DNA of 48,062 nucleotides from a virus (Duplodnaviria > Caudoviricetes): IMG/VR virus record IMGVR_UViG_3300049173_000036, positions 1 to 48,062 of that record; one strand, 5' to 3'. The notes beneath the pieces are model-generated. The model was given only the letters and a program-made list of their open reading frames with translations, ran no database searches and had not been told where the DNA came from. This document shows, piece after piece, positions 36,104 through 45,868 of this stretch (within the stretch, counting starts at the first letter, position 1; the number at the start of each line of letters is the position of its first letter). The translations under genes were made by a program, and so were the position numbers.

Positions 36104-36924
36104 CCGATCCGAAGTGGGCGAAGTCGACCGAGCGGGGTCGGTACTACACCGACCCCGCCGGGGGGCCGGACCTGATCAGCGTCACGAACGCGCTCGGCAG
36201 CATCGCGAAACCGGCGCTTGTGCCGTGGGCGGCCGGGATGGCTGCCGATGTCGTCATCGCCGACCCGATTGCGACCGCTCGCCGGGCGCGTACCGAGCCG
36301 ACCGCGCTGCGGAAGGAACTCGTCGCTGTCTCACGGGAGTACAGCGAGCGGGCGATGGATCTCGGGACGCGCGTGCACGTGCGGGCCGTGTCGCTCGTGC
36401 TGAACACGCCGCACGCGTACGACGAGGAAGTCGAGCCGTACGCCGTGCAGCTCGCCGCATGGTTCCGGCTGTGGCGGGTCGACTTCGACCGCGACGTGCT
36501 CGCGATCGAGACGACCGTGATGCACCGCAAGGCGGGTTACGCCGGCACGGGTGATCTGTGGATATGGCTTCCGACCGGCCGGTTCCGGCGGCGGCAGTTG
36601 TGGCTCGTCGACTACAAGACGAGCGCGAAGAAGCCGGCCGACACGGTGTACGACGAGCAACCGCTGCAGCTCGCTGCACTGCGGCACGCGCCCGAGTGGC
36701 TGCTGCCCGACGACACGAGCGAGCCCGCGCCGCGGGTGCACCGTACGGCGCTGCTGAACCTGCGACCGCGTTCGCACCGGTTCATCGAAGTTCCGTCCGG
36801 CCGGGCGCAGTTCCGCGCGTTCCTCGGCGCGATGCACACCCGCCAATACCTGAACGACGCGCCCTCGGCGTACCCCACGGTCGTACCGCCGTGGGCGCCG
36901 GGCGCCGACCGAAAGGCAGCGTGA
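36100..36924 (+). CDS. PD-(D/E)XK exonuclease (RecB/Cas4-like fold)
   Basis: SVTNAL...KPALVPWA, GTRVH, IETTV..GYAGTGD, LVDYKTS, QLAAL. Confidence 0.85.
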   Translation: MTDPKWAKSTERGRYYTDPAGGPDLISVTNALGSIAKPALVPWAAGMAADVVIADPIATARRARTEPTALRKELVAVSREYSERAMDLGTRVHVRAVSLVLNTPHAYDEEVEPYAVQLAAWFRLWRVDFDRDVLAIETTVMHRKAGYAGTGDLWIWLPTGRFRRRQLWLVDYKTSAKKPADTVYDEQPLQLAALRHAPEWLLPDDTSEPAPRVHRTALLNLRPRSHRFIEVPSGRAQFRAFLGAMHTRQYLNDAPSAYPTVVPPWAPGADRKAA

Positions 36925-36927
36925 CCC

Positions 36928-38016
36928 ATGGGTTCGCGCATCATGACCATGAAGCGGCAGGCGGCCGAGCTCGGTCGTATCCGCACCGGCTACAGCCGGC
37001 CCAACCCGAAACCGGACGGCAAGCCGATTCCGGTCAAGTCCAAGACGTTCATTCTCACCTCGCACTCGCGCGAGTACATCGCGGCCGCGGCCGAGCTGTA
37101 CGGCGGCCGGGTCGAGCAGTGGACGCCGCAGGGGCAGCCCGTCGCGCAGTGGCGGGTCGTCACCGAGGCGACCGAGCTGCGGGCGATCCTGCCCGCCGGC
37201 GACCCGCTCGACCAGGCCAACGAGAAATGGACCGGCGGCGGTTGCGAACGGCGATGCGACGGCGTCACCGAGAAACTGTCGGGCCGGCCGTGCATCTGCC
37301 TCGCGCAGTACGGCGACGACTGGCACGAGCAAAAGCCCGACAAGGTGTGCCGCCCGACCTCGCGCGTCGGCGTGTTCCTGCCCGATCTACCCGACCTCGG
37401 CGTGTGGCGGCTGGAGACAAAGTCGTACTACGCCGCCGACGCCCTCGCCGGCGGGCTCGACACCGTGCTGCAGGCGACCGGCGGCAAGGGGCTGTTGCCC
37501 GTCCGCATGTGGATCGAGCAGCGCAAGGCGGTGCGCGCCGGTAAGACGAAGCAGTTTCAGGTGATCGTCGTCGTGCCGTCGCTGCCGAAGCTGCGGCACG
37601 CGCTGTCGGGCCCGATCTCGACAGCGGCCGCCCTCGACCCGGCGAGCCTCAACCGGGCCGCAATCGAGGCGGCACCCGCCGAGCCCGTCGACTACCGGGC
37701 CGAGGCGGTCAAGTGCCGTACCGAGGCCGAGGTGTTGCAGGTCTGGCAACGGGCGCGGGCCGAGGGGCACGCCAACGACCTCGTGCTGCGCGACGACCTC
37801 AAGCAGATCGCCGACGACATCGCGGCCGGCATCGACCCGCGTACGGGTGAGCTCGGCGACCAGGACGGCGACGCCGAGGCGGACGACGAGGGCGTCGTCG
37901 ACGGCGAGTTCGTCGACGAGGGCGACGAGGACGGCGGCGAGGAACCGCCGGCCGCGCACCCGCGGGCCGCATGGCCCGAGGCGGCGGCGCCCGGATCGAA
38001 GGGTGCCGCGCGATGA
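36928..38016 (+). CDS. Recombination directionality factor-like (Gp3-like) or recombination protein
   Basis: ELGRIRTG, AELYGG, GGCERRCDG, CIC, CRPTSR, GVWRLETKSYYAA; acidic C-terminal tail. Confidence 0.65.
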   Translation: MGSRIMTMKRQAAELGRIRTGYSRPNPKPDGKPIPVKSKTFILTSHSREYIAAAAELYGGRVEQWTPQGQPVAQWRVVTEATELRAILPAGDPLDQANEKWTGGGCERRCDGVTEKLSGRPCICLAQYGDDWHEQKPDKVCRPTSRVGVFLPDLPDLGVWRLETKSYYAADALAGGLDTVLQATGGKGLLPVRMWIEQRKAVRAGKTKQFQVIVVVPSLPKLRHALSGPISTAAALDPASLNRAAIEAAPAEPVDYRAEAVKCRTEAEVLQVWQRARAEGHANDLVLRDDLKQIADDIAAGIDPRTGELGDQDGDAEADDEGVVDGEFVDEGDEDGGEEPPAAHPRAAWPEAAAPGSKGAAR

Positions 38017-38834
38017 CATGGCACCTCGGCCGATGGGCCGCGTTCGACCTTGAGACGACCGGCGTCGACGTCGAGAACGACCGGATCGTGACCGCCGCCG
38101 TACACGCCCGCGGCGGCGGCATCGAACCCGAGGCCGGCGAGTGGCTCGCCGACCCCGGCGTCGAGATCCCGGCCGAGGCGTACGACGTCCACAAGATCAG
38201 CACCGAGCATGCTCGCGAACACGGCGCCCCGGCCGAGCAGGTCGTGCGGGAAGTCGCGGCCGAACTCGCCGCGCAGATCGTCAAGGGCGGCGCTGCGGTC
38301 GTCGGACACAACGTGTCGTACGACCTCACGCTGCTCGACCGCGAGTGCCGCCGGTACGAGCTCCCGACGCTGCACGAGCGGCTCGACGGTCACCCGCTGC
38401 ACGTGATCGACACGCGGGTGCTCGATCAGCGGGCCGTGCCGTACCGCAAGCGCGTGAGCGAGGACCAGGGCGCCCGGCAGCTCATCACCCTCGCGCAGTT
38501 CTACGGCGTGCCGTGGGAGGACGACAAGGCGCACGGCTGCTCGTACGACGCGGTCGTCGCCGCGCAGGTCGCCCGCCGGATCGCGGCGCTCGCGCACATG
38601 CGTCGGGCGGACTGGCCCGAGCACGTGCGGGCCGAGCGCCGCGTGTCGTTCATCCCGTTCCGCGACCTCACGCCCGCCGAGCTGCACGCCGCACAGATCG
38701 AGTGGGCTGCCGAGCAGGCGGCCGGGCTGCAAAAGCACTTCCGCAAGACCGACCCGAACGCCGTCGTCGACGGCGCGTGGCCGCTGCGCCCGTGGGCTGC
38801 GCCGGCCGCCGAGACCGAGGGGGCACCCGCATGA
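38013..38834 (+). CDS. DnaQ-like DEDDh 3'-5' exonuclease
   Basis: FDLETTG, VGHNVSYDLTLL, IDT, AHGCSYD. Confidence 0.92.
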   Translation: MTWHLGRWAAFDLETTGVDVENDRIVTAAVHARGGGIEPEAGEWLADPGVEIPAEAYDVHKISTEHAREHGAPAEQVVREVAAELAAQIVKGGAAVVGHNVSYDLTLLDRECRRYELPTLHERLDGHPLHVIDTRVLDQRAVPYRKRVSEDQGARQLITLAQFYGVPWEDDKAHGCSYDAVVAAQVARRIAALAHMRRADWPEHVRAERRVSFIPFRDLTPAELHAAQIEWAAEQAAGLQKHFRKTDPNAVVDGAWPLRPWAAPAAETEGAPA

Positions 38835-39301
38835 GCGACCGGATCATCATCGGACTCGACGCCGGATACGACGGCGACGCCGCGATCGTGGTCGTCGTCA
38901 AGCGCGACGGCTCGTACGACGTGAGAACGAACGGCGTGTGCAAGGTGCTCGCCGCCGAGCTGCTGCGCGGTATCGCCGACCGGCTCGCCGCCGAACACGG
39001 CCCGTTCCCCTGCACCCCGCCGCCCGAGCAGCACGAGCGGCCGATCGAGTACGAGCACGCCGACCCGTACGGCGGCCGCCTCGACCGCGACCGGGGCGTG
39101 TGGCGCGACCCGCGCGGCGACTCGTTCGATCTGTCGCTCAGGTGGGCCGACTGGTTCGAGCGCGCGTGGAAGTGGGACGGCACGACCGGGCAGTTCGGCG
39201 AACCGATCCTGCGGGCCGAGGACGACGGCGAGCAGCAGCCGCTCAGTCTGCTGCGCACCATGTACGGGCCGATCAGCCCGCTGTCGGGCGGTGCGGCATG
39301 A
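38831..39301 (+). CDS. Hypothetical protein
   Basis: ATGA overlaps; C-terminal W.D...W.W...YGP phage-type domain. Confidence 0.75.
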   Translation: MSDRIIIGLDAGYDGDAAIVVVVKRDGSYDVRTNGVCKVLAAELLRGIADRLAAEHGPFPCTPPPEQHERPIEYEHADPYGGRLDRDRGVWRDPRGDSFDLSLRWADWFERAWKWDGTTGQFGEPILRAEDDGEQQPLSLLRTMYGPISPLSGGAA

Positions 39302-39927
39302 CCGAGCTCATCCCCGGACTGATCGCGGCCGACGAGGTGCCCCTCGACGACCGCTCGCCCGCCCCGACCGAGCTGCAGGTCATCGCATTCGATCTGTCGA
39401 TCACCTCGACCGGCGTCTGCCGCACCGACGGCTCGACGTTCCGGATCCGGACCCGACAGAAGGACGGGCCGCGCCGACTCACCGTGATCCGCGACCGGTT
39501 GACGATCGAGGTCGCCGAGCAGCAGCCGCAGCTCGCTGTGATCGAAGACCTGCCGATGAACGCCGGCCGCATGAGCCTTACGAACCTCAAGGCCATGTGC
39601 TGTCTTCACGGCGTTGTGCAGGCGCTGCTCGTCGACGCCGGCGTGCCGTGGGCGTACGTGAACGTCAAGACGCTCAAGAAGTTCGCGTGTGACGACGGCG
39701 GCGCCACCAAGCAGGACATGACAGCGGCGGCGTTCCTCGCGGCCGGCGCCACGTTCGACGACGACGACGGCGCCGACCAGGTCGACGCATGGTGGCTGCG
39801 CGCCGCCGCGCACGACTGGCTTGGGCTGCCCTTGTTCACCATGCCGCAGGCGCAGCGCGACGCGCTGAGCAAGGCGGATTGGCCCGACGCGTACGCGCAG
39901 CGGTACGTGATGGGGGCGGCCGCATGA
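39298..39927 (+). CDS. RuvC-like Holliday junction resolvase
   Basis: IAFDLSITSTGV, AVIED, TLKKFA...ATKQDM, DQVDAWWL. Confidence 0.85.
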   Translation: MTELIPGLIAADEVPLDDRSPAPTELQVIAFDLSITSTGVCRTDGSTFRIRTRQKDGPRRLTVIRDRLTIEVAEQQPQLAVIEDLPMNAGRMSLTNLKAMCCLHGVVQALLVDAGVPWAYVNVKTLKKFACDDGGATKQDMTAAAFLAAGATFDDDDGADQVDAWWLRAAAHDWLGLPLFTMPQAQRDALSKADWPDAYAQRYVMGAAA

Positions 39928-40646
39928 ACCGTGCCGAGATCCTCGCAATCCTCGAACGCGCACTGCGCGAGGCCGACGGGCGGCCGATCATCCTGAACCT
40001 GTACTGCTGCCAGGGAGGCAGCGCCGCCGGGTACGAGGCGGCCGGGTTCTACCCGATCGGCGTCGACATCGCACCGCAGCCGAAGTACCCGTATCCGTTC
40101 ATCCTCGCCGACGCTCTGTGGTTCCTCGCCGAGTTCGCCGAGTGGATCCGCGAGCACGTGGCGTTCGTCGACGCGTCGCCGCCCTGTCAGGCATTCACCC
40201 GCGCATGGAAGATCCAGCAGCGGGAACACCCGCGGCTGATCGCGCCGACGCGTGAACTGATGCTCGCCATTGGCCGGCCGTTCGTGATCGAGAACGTCGA
40301 GGAAGCGCGCGGCGAGCTGCTCGACCCGGTGCTGCTGTGCGGAGTCATGTTCGGCATGCAGACGTACCGGCACCGTCTGTTCGAGCCGTACGGCTGGACG
40401 CTCACCCCGCCCGAGCACCCCGCGCACGAGGCGCCGCTCGCGAAGATGGGGCGCCCCGCCCGGCCGGGCGAGTTCCGGCACTACGTCGGCAATTTCTCGG
40501 GCGTTGACGATGCGCGATCCGACATGCGTATGCCGTGGGCGAACCGCGATGGTCTGCGCGAGGCTGTGCCGCCGCAGTACACCGAGTTCCTCGGTCGGCA
40601 GGCGCTCGCGCAGCTCGCCGCCGCCCCCGAGGGGGTACCCGCGTGA
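39924..40646 (+). CDS. Short C5-cytosine DNA methyltransferase-like protein
   Basis: Motif I variant NLYCCQGG, GVDI, SPPCQ, IENV, RHRLFE, EAVPP; only 240 aa. Confidence 0.82.
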   Translation: MNRAEILAILERALREADGRPIILNLYCCQGGSAAGYEAAGFYPIGVDIAPQPKYPYPFILADALWFLAEFAEWIREHVAFVDASPPCQAFTRAWKIQQREHPRLIAPTRELMLAIGRPFVIENVEEARGELLDPVLLCGVMFGMQTYRHRLFEPYGWTLTPPEHPAHEAPLAKMGRPARPGEFRHYVGNFSGVDDARSDMRMPWANRDGLREAVPPQYTEFLGRQALAQLAAAPEGVPA

Positions 40647-41836
40647 GCACCCGAAACGCGAAGCGGCAGCCCGTACTCGACGCGCTGCCCGGCATGCCCG
40701 ACGTCCTCAAGGCCAAGCCCGTCAAGGCGGACGACGAGTCATGGAAGGCGCGAACTCTCGACGAGGCGATCGCCCGCACGTACGAGCTGCTCGACGAGGC
40801 GATCAGCAAGTACAGCACCGGTCGGGCGCTCGTGACCCGCGGCGAACGGGTCATCGACTACGGGCTGTTCGAGCTGCTCGGGTTCTACGTCCTGTACTCA
40901 GGCGGAAACGACTCGGTCGTGCTGCAGCACCTCGTGCGCAAGTACCTGCGCGAGCGCGGGATCTTCCGCCACCACTTCGGCGGCATCATCCACGTGAACA
41001 CTGGCACCGCGATTGAGCAGACGACACAGCATGTCCGCGAGACCGCCGCCGCGTGGGATTGGAAGCTGCACGAGCTGCGGCCGCGGGTGACGTACCTCGA
41101 TCTCGTGCTCGGTAACGTCCTCGCGACCCGCGGGCCGAACAAGGGGCGCCCGGTGTGGCTCGGGTTCCCGGGCCCCGGCGGCGACAGCCACAACGTGATG
41201 TATATGCGGCTGAAAGACGAGCCGCTGCAGTCGTTCCGCCGGCAGCTCGTCGGGCCGAGTGGCGGCATACGCCGCAAGGTGATCTATGTCGGCGGGATGC
41301 GGTGGGCCGAGTCGCAAAAGCGGTTCCGCACCGCGGCCGAGGTCGACCTCGACGGCGCAATCGTGTGGCTGTCGGCGCTCGTGCACTGGACGAACGAGCA
41401 CATGCGCGAGTACCGCGCCCGGTACCGCTGTCAGCAGAAGCACAAGCACTCGCCGCACCGGCTGTGCGGGCCCGAGGCGCTGCCGCTCAACGAGGTGACC
41501 GAGCACCTTCACATGTCGGGTGACTGCGCGTGCGGCGCCTACGCCAAGGAAGGCGAGAAGGAAGAGCGCCGGCTGTTCTACCCGAAGCACGGCGCCGAGA
41601 TCGACGAGTGGGAACGCATCGTCGAGGCGGCCGGGATCGCGGCGTGCAAGTGGGGGCAGCGTCCGCCGAGCAGCGTGCGACAGCCGAAGGGCGGTCGGCG
41701 GGTCAAGGAACGGCTGTGCGCGGCGTGCGCACCGCCGCTCGACGGGCAGACCGACATTCTCGACGACTGGCGCGAGCGGGGTCTGCTCACCGACGCGCAG
41801 TACGACACGTTCACGCGGGCATCGGACGCGGCGTGA
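40643..41836 (+). CDS. PAPS-reductase-family (PP-loop) protein
   Basis: VLYSGGNDS, HVNTG, GFPGP, RLK, GMRWAES..R, HMSGDCACGA, C-terminal CAAC. Confidence 0.85.
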   Translation: MSTRNAKRQPVLDALPGMPDVLKAKPVKADDESWKARTLDEAIARTYELLDEAISKYSTGRALVTRGERVIDYGLFELLGFYVLYSGGNDSVVLQHLVRKYLRERGIFRHHFGGIIHVNTGTAIEQTTQHVRETAAAWDWKLHELRPRVTYLDLVLGNVLATRGPNKGRPVWLGFPGPGGDSHNVMYMRLKDEPLQSFRRQLVGPSGGIRRKVIYVGGMRWAESQKRFRTAAEVDLDGAIVWLSALVHWTNEHMREYRARYRCQQKHKHSPHRLCGPEALPLNEVTEHLHMSGDCACGAYAKEGEKEERRLFYPKHGAEIDEWERIVEAAGIAACKWGQRPPSSVRQPKGGRRVKERLCAACAPPLDGQTDILDDWRERGLLTDAQYDTFTRASDAA

Positions 41837-42108
41837 ACGGCATCGCGCCGACGATCGGCAACCCGCACCCCGGTTACGGGTTGCGGGTCCGGCTCGACAG
41901 CAACAGGGCGAAGAGCCTCGCTTCGGCCGACTACGCGTGCCCGTGCGGACAGGCCGAGGACGCGACGGGCTACGCCGAGGTGAACGCGCTCGTCGTCCGC
42001 TACGGCCGCCACCAGCGCGACGAGTGCCCGAACCCCGAGATACGTGCAGCGGCCGCCCGCCGGTACGCGGCACTGCAGCAGTCCCTCAACAAGCGACGGA
42101 GGAAGTAG
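41833..42108 (+). CDS. Small putative Zn-binding protein
   Basis: CPC...H...C; GTGA overlap. Confidence 0.7.
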   Translation: MNGIAPTIGNPHPGYGLRVRLDSNRAKSLASADYACPCGQAEDATGYAEVNALVVRYGRHQRDECPNPEIRAAAARRYAALQQSLNKRRRK

Positions 42109-42110
42109 AC

Positions 42111-42560
42111 ATGCCCAAGCTGGACGAAGACGCAGAGGTCGAGGTCAAGCTCGACAGCGGCGCGGCGATGCTGCAGCAAGCGATCCCGGCGATCCTGCGC
42201 CGCGGGCTGTTCGAGGCGCCCGGCGCCCGGATCGTCGCGGTCGTCGAGTTCGCGAGCACGATGTACACCGGGCACGCCTCGGGCGAGGACAAAGACCCGC
42301 AGGTGAAGCTCAGGATCAAGCTCGCCGAGGTCGCAACCGAGGGCGACCAGATCAGGCAGCTTCGCGAGGTCATGCGCGCGATGTACCGGCAGCGCAAGAT
42401 GAACGGCACCCTCGACGAGCTCGGGCCCGGCTCGCACGACGTCGACGCCGCGGTCGAGCTGCTGCTCGCCGAGCACCCGACCGAGGGCGAGTTCGAGGCG
42501 CACGAGGCGCGCGAGCGGGCCGCCAAGAGCGGGCACGGCCGAGTCGAGCACTTCGGGTGA
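42111..42560 (+). CDS. Hypothetical protein
   Basis: SD GGAGG; MPKLDEDAEVEVKLD. Confidence 0.78.
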   Translation: MPKLDEDAEVEVKLDSGAAMLQQAIPAILRRGLFEAPGARIVAVVEFASTMYTGHASGEDKDPQVKLRIKLAEVATEGDQIRQLREVMRAMYRQRKMNGTLDELGPGSHDVDAAVELLLAEHPTEGEFEAHEARERAAKSGHGRVEHFG

Positions 42561-42919
42561 CCAGGCAGCCCAAGAGCAGCGGTGGCGCGCGCCGAACGCG
42601 CTGCCGCTGCGGGCGGACCGTCTATCGGCAGATCGTCGGCGCCCTCGACGTCACCGCGGACGCCGACGGGCTCACCCTCGCCGAGGCGCTGCAGCGCACC
42701 ACCCCGAACCGGCTCGCATGGTGCCTGTACCAGCGGTCGGAGTGGACCCCGCAGAACCTGCGCAGCGCTCACCCGAGCAGCCACCCCGCGGACTGCCCGC
42801 ACCCGCACCTCGTCGACCACGTGTGCACCGGCCCGCAGCAGCCCGCCGCGCCGCCCGCCCGCAAGTCACGCCAGAAGACGCCGACTGTCCACCCCGGACA
42901 GCAGCAACTCGCGCTCTGA
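42557..42919 (+). CDS. Hypothetical Cys/His protein
   Basis: CRCG...PNRLAWCL...HLVDHVC; GTGA overlap. Confidence 0.7.
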   Translation: MTRQPKSSGGARRTRCRCGRTVYRQIVGALDVTADADGLTLAEALQRTTPNRLAWCLYQRSEWTPQNLRSAHPSSHPADCPHPHLVDHVCTGPQQPAAPPARKSRQKTPTVHPGQQQLAL

Positions 42920-42936
42920 GCACAGGAGTTCAGCCG

Positions 42937-43719
42937 ATGCCATGGTTCGTCGTTGACGACAACGCCGACTCACACCCGAAGATGATCGCCGCCGGAAACG
43001 CGGCGCTCGGGCTGTGGCTCAAGGCGGGCGCGTACGCCTCACGTCATCTGACCGACGGCATCGTGCCCGGCGTCGTGGCCCGGATGTACAGCAACGGGTC
43101 GAAGACGCAGATCGCGAAGTTGGTCGCGGCCGGTCTGTGGCACGAGCACGGACACTCTTGCAGGCACCCGAAGTGCAAGCAGCCGGCCGCGGGCGACTAC
43201 GCGATTCACGACTACCTCGTTTACAACCCCTCGCGCGCCGAGGTCGAGCGCAAGCGCGAGCGGGCCGCAGAGAAGAAGCGGAAGCAGCGCGCGGTGCAGT
43301 CCAGTGATCAGCCGCTGCCCGATCCCGACGAGAACCGGCACGGCGACGACGACCAGGACGCCCCGCCCCGACCGGCGCGGCGCGACATGCACGAGCAGCG
43401 CCCGATCGCCGAGGACTGGCAGCCGAGCGACGAGGACGTGCAGGCGGCGCAACTCGCCCGCGCCGACGCCGGCCGGCCGCAGCTCACCCCGCAGCAGCTC
43501 GACGCCGTGACCCGCAAGTTCGTGCGCCGCATGGTCGACGAGGGCAAGCGGGCGGCCGCGTGGGGCGGCCGCTGGCAGCAGTGGGCCGAGACCGAGCGCA
43601 CCGAGCAGCCGGGCGTCGGCAGCAATGTCGTGCAGCTCGGCGCCATGACCAAGAGCCAGCAGCAGCGAGCCGGGCTCGACCGGCTGCGGCAGCAGATGAA
43701 CGGAGGGCACTCCGCATGA
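42937..43719 (+). CDS. Putative replication initiator
   Basis: MPWFVVDD...HPK...AALGLW..AG......LTDG.VP, LVAAGLW, IHDYL.YNPS; DnaT-like C-terminus (IAEDWQPS...W...W). Confidence 0.7.
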   Translation: MPWFVVDDNADSHPKMIAAGNAALGLWLKAGAYASRHLTDGIVPGVVARMYSNGSKTQIAKLVAAGLWHEHGHSCRHPKCKQPAAGDYAIHDYLVYNPSRAEVERKRERAAEKKRKQRAVQSSDQPLPDPDENRHGDDDQDAPPRPARRDMHEQRPIAEDWQPSDEDVQAAQLARADAGRPQLTPQQLDAVTRKFVRRMVDEGKRAAAWGGRWQQWAETERTEQPGVGSNVVQLGAMTKSQQQRAGLDRLRQQMNGGHSA

Positions 43720-44375
43720 CCCTCGACGAAACCCTCGAACTGCTCGCGCAGATCGCGCTCGTCGACGATCGCGTCGTCAAGGTCGACGAGGCTGAGCAGC
43801 GGGCGCAGCTCACGATGTGGGCCGCAGTCCTGCGCGACGTGCCGCTGCGGTTCGCCGGCGAAGCGGTCGGCCGTCACTACGCCGAGTCGGCGTGGCCGAT
43901 CATGCCGAAGGACATCGCGCAGCGGTGGCGTGACACGGTCCGGGACCGGCTGAACAGGTCGGTCGGCACGATCGAGCCGACCGATCACCCGCACCTCGAC
44001 CCCGATGACGACACGGGCGACGCGTACGTCAAAGCGCTGCGGGCGCACCGTCGCGCGATCGCCGCCGGCGACGACGAGCCGGTCGGGCTCCGCGAGTTGA
44101 TGCCTGCGGTCGGCAGCCGGCTCGGCGGCGGCCGCCTCGCCGAACTCGTGCCCGCGAACACCGAGTTCACCGAGGCCAAGCAGCAGCGTTACCCGCGCCG
44201 CGAGCAGCCGAAGGGGCCGCCCGAGCGGGCCGTGCACTGCCCCGCGTGCGGCGCCTCGCCGGGTCGGCCGTGCCGGACGACGAGCCGCGGCCGGCAGATG
44301 ACCGGCACGCACCCCTCGCGCCGCGACGTGTACGACGCCGCGCAGTCCACCGACAGCAAGGGAGATCAGTCATGA
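43716..44375 (+). CDS. Putative helicase loader/inhibitor-like protein with C-terminal Zn finger
   Basis: MT.DE..ELL...D.R...W..VL.D...AV..HY...IMP.DI; CPACGA.PG.PC...HPSR; follows initiator. Confidence 0.65.
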   Translation: MTLDETLELLAQIALVDDRVVKVDEAEQRAQLTMWAAVLRDVPLRFAGEAVGRHYAESAWPIMPKDIAQRWRDTVRDRLNRSVGTIEPTDHPHLDPDDDTGDAYVKALRAHRRAIAAGDDEPVGLRELMPAVGSRLGGGRLAELVPANTEFTEAKQQRYPRREQPKGPPERAVHCPACGASPGRPCRTTSRGRQMTGTHPSRRDVYDAAQSTDSKGDQS

Positions 44376-44584
44376 GGCAACGGCCGTTGCTCTCCGAGGC
44401 CATTCCCGACGGCACGTTCGGCGGCGCCCGCCCGCGCCGCGGCGAGCAGCAGCAGCAGCGTGTGCCGGACCCCGACGCCGCCCGTCATTGGGCCGAGCTC
44501 GGCGCCGCCGTCGCCGAGATCGACAAGTCGCGCGGTTACGGCGTGAGCAGGAAGTACCGACAGCCGACGGAGGCAGCAGCATGA
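44372..44584 (+). CDS. Hypothetical protein
   Basis: ATGA overlaps on both ends. Confidence 0.7.
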   Translation: MRQRPLLSEAIPDGTFGGARPRRGEQQQQRVPDPDAARHWAELGAAVAEIDKSRGYGVSRKYRQPTEAAA

Positions 44585-45156
44585 CCGACCAGCCGATGAC
44601 CGCCGTCGAGGCGCTGCTCGCGTTCGCCCGCCGACACGTTGACGGCGAGGCGGCGCAGGCACTCGTCGACGAGGCGACCCGCGAACTCGCCGGCCGGACC
44701 GTCGTACGGCCCGATCAGCACCTCGTACCGCTGCGGCTGCTGCTGCGCCGGCGCCAGGACGTATCCGGGATCAGCGGGCTCGGCGACGTCGCCGACGGCG
44801 TGCTGTGGCCGGACGGTACCGCCTCGGTCCGGTGGCGTGGCGAGCACCCGTCGGTCGTGTTCTGGGATCGCGGCCGCGTGTCCGTCGAGTTCATTCATGG
44901 CCACCAGGGCGCGACCGAGATCGTGTTCGTTGACCAGCCCGATGAGCTGCCCGCGCCGGTCCCGGCCGGCTCGCCGGCCGCCCCGCTCGTCGTGCGGCGC
45001 GTGCTCGAACACGCCCTGAAGAAGCCCGTTCCGTGCCCGAAGTGCGAGCGCACGTCGCAGTGCAGGTGCATCGCCGACCGCACCGAGGGGCGCATCGACG
45101 CCGTGCTCGGCGCGCTCGCCCCGTGGCTCAACTCCGGTGCGGGCGGGGCGTCATGA
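44581..45156 (+). CDS. Hypothetical phage protein
   Basis: SD GGAGG; DVSGISGLGDVADGVLWPDG...RW...HGHQGAT motif. Confidence 0.78.
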   Translation: MTDQPMTAVEALLAFARRHVDGEAAQALVDEATRELAGRTVVRPDQHLVPLRLLLRRRQDVSGISGLGDVADGVLWPDGTASVRWRGEHPSVVFWDRGRVSVEFIHGHQGATEIVFVDQPDELPAPVPAGSPAAPLVVRRVLEHALKKPVPCPKCERTSQCRCIADRTEGRIDAVLGALAPWLNSGAGGAS

Positions 45157-45362
45157 GCGCCGAGTTCGATCACGACGACCTGGCCGACCTCGACGAGGCC
45201 GACGTCGAGCAGCTCGAAGGTTTCACCGACGAGGAACTCGCGGCCGCCCTCGACGCCCTGTACGGGAACGATCCACTCGCCGGCTACGACACGCCCGTCA
45301 CGCGGCGGCGCAAGCCGAACGCGATCGGCCGCACCGTGCACGACGTGCTGCGCACCCTCTGA
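45153..45362 (+). CDS. Small acidic protein
   Basis: D/E-rich N-terminus, basic C-terminus; ATGA overlap. Confidence 0.65.
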   Translation: MSAEFDHDDLADLDEADVEQLEGFTDEELAAALDALYGNDPLAGYDTPVTRRRKPNAIGRTVHDVLRTL

Positions 45363-45395
45363 CCCGCCCGCCATCCACAGACTGTGAGAAGACCC

Positions 45396-45770
45396 GTGGA
45401 AAACTCGACCTCCCTCAACGGCCCGATCCGACAGACGCTCACGACGGCGAACGCCGCGCTGTGGGCCGAGCACGACCGCGCGAACGCCCTCGCCGCGCTG
45501 TTCGAGGACATCCGGGCATGGCGGCACCTGCAGACGCACTGCGACGCCGCCGAGTTCGCGCCCCTCGACGCGATACTCGACGCGGTCGCCCTCGGTGGCG
45601 ACGCACCACTGCTGCACCTGCAGCCAGGGGACGCAGCCGAAGCGTGCGACGCGCACCGCCGACTGATGGACGCGCGGGCGAGGGCGTTCGAAGCGCACCG
45701 GCTCGTGTGGGACCAGATCGAGGCGGCGTCGATCCGCTCGATCGCCAACCGGCCGCACGGCAACGCGTGA
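45396..45770 (+). CDS. Hypothetical protein
   Basis: Fills the gap with phage-like codon use; start uncertain (45384 or 45396). Confidence 0.65.
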   Translation: MENSTSLNGPIRQTLTTANAALWAEHDRANALAALFEDIRAWRHLQTHCDAAEFAPLDAILDAVALGGDAPLLHLQPGDAAEACDAHRRLMDARARAFEAHRLVWDQIEAASIRSIANRPHGNA

Positions 45771-45778
45771 CACGACGG

Positions 45779-45815
45779 CGGGGCGCCCCATCGCCGGCAA
45801 GCAGCGGGCGCCCCG
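45779..45815 (+). terminator. Inverted repeat, possible terminator
   Basis: CGGGGCGCCC...GGGCGCCCCG, 10-bp stem. Confidence 0.5.
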
Positions 45816-45868
45816 TCCCCTTCGCGGTGTGATCAGCCTACGCCCCACGTACCACAGGAGCGCTCACC

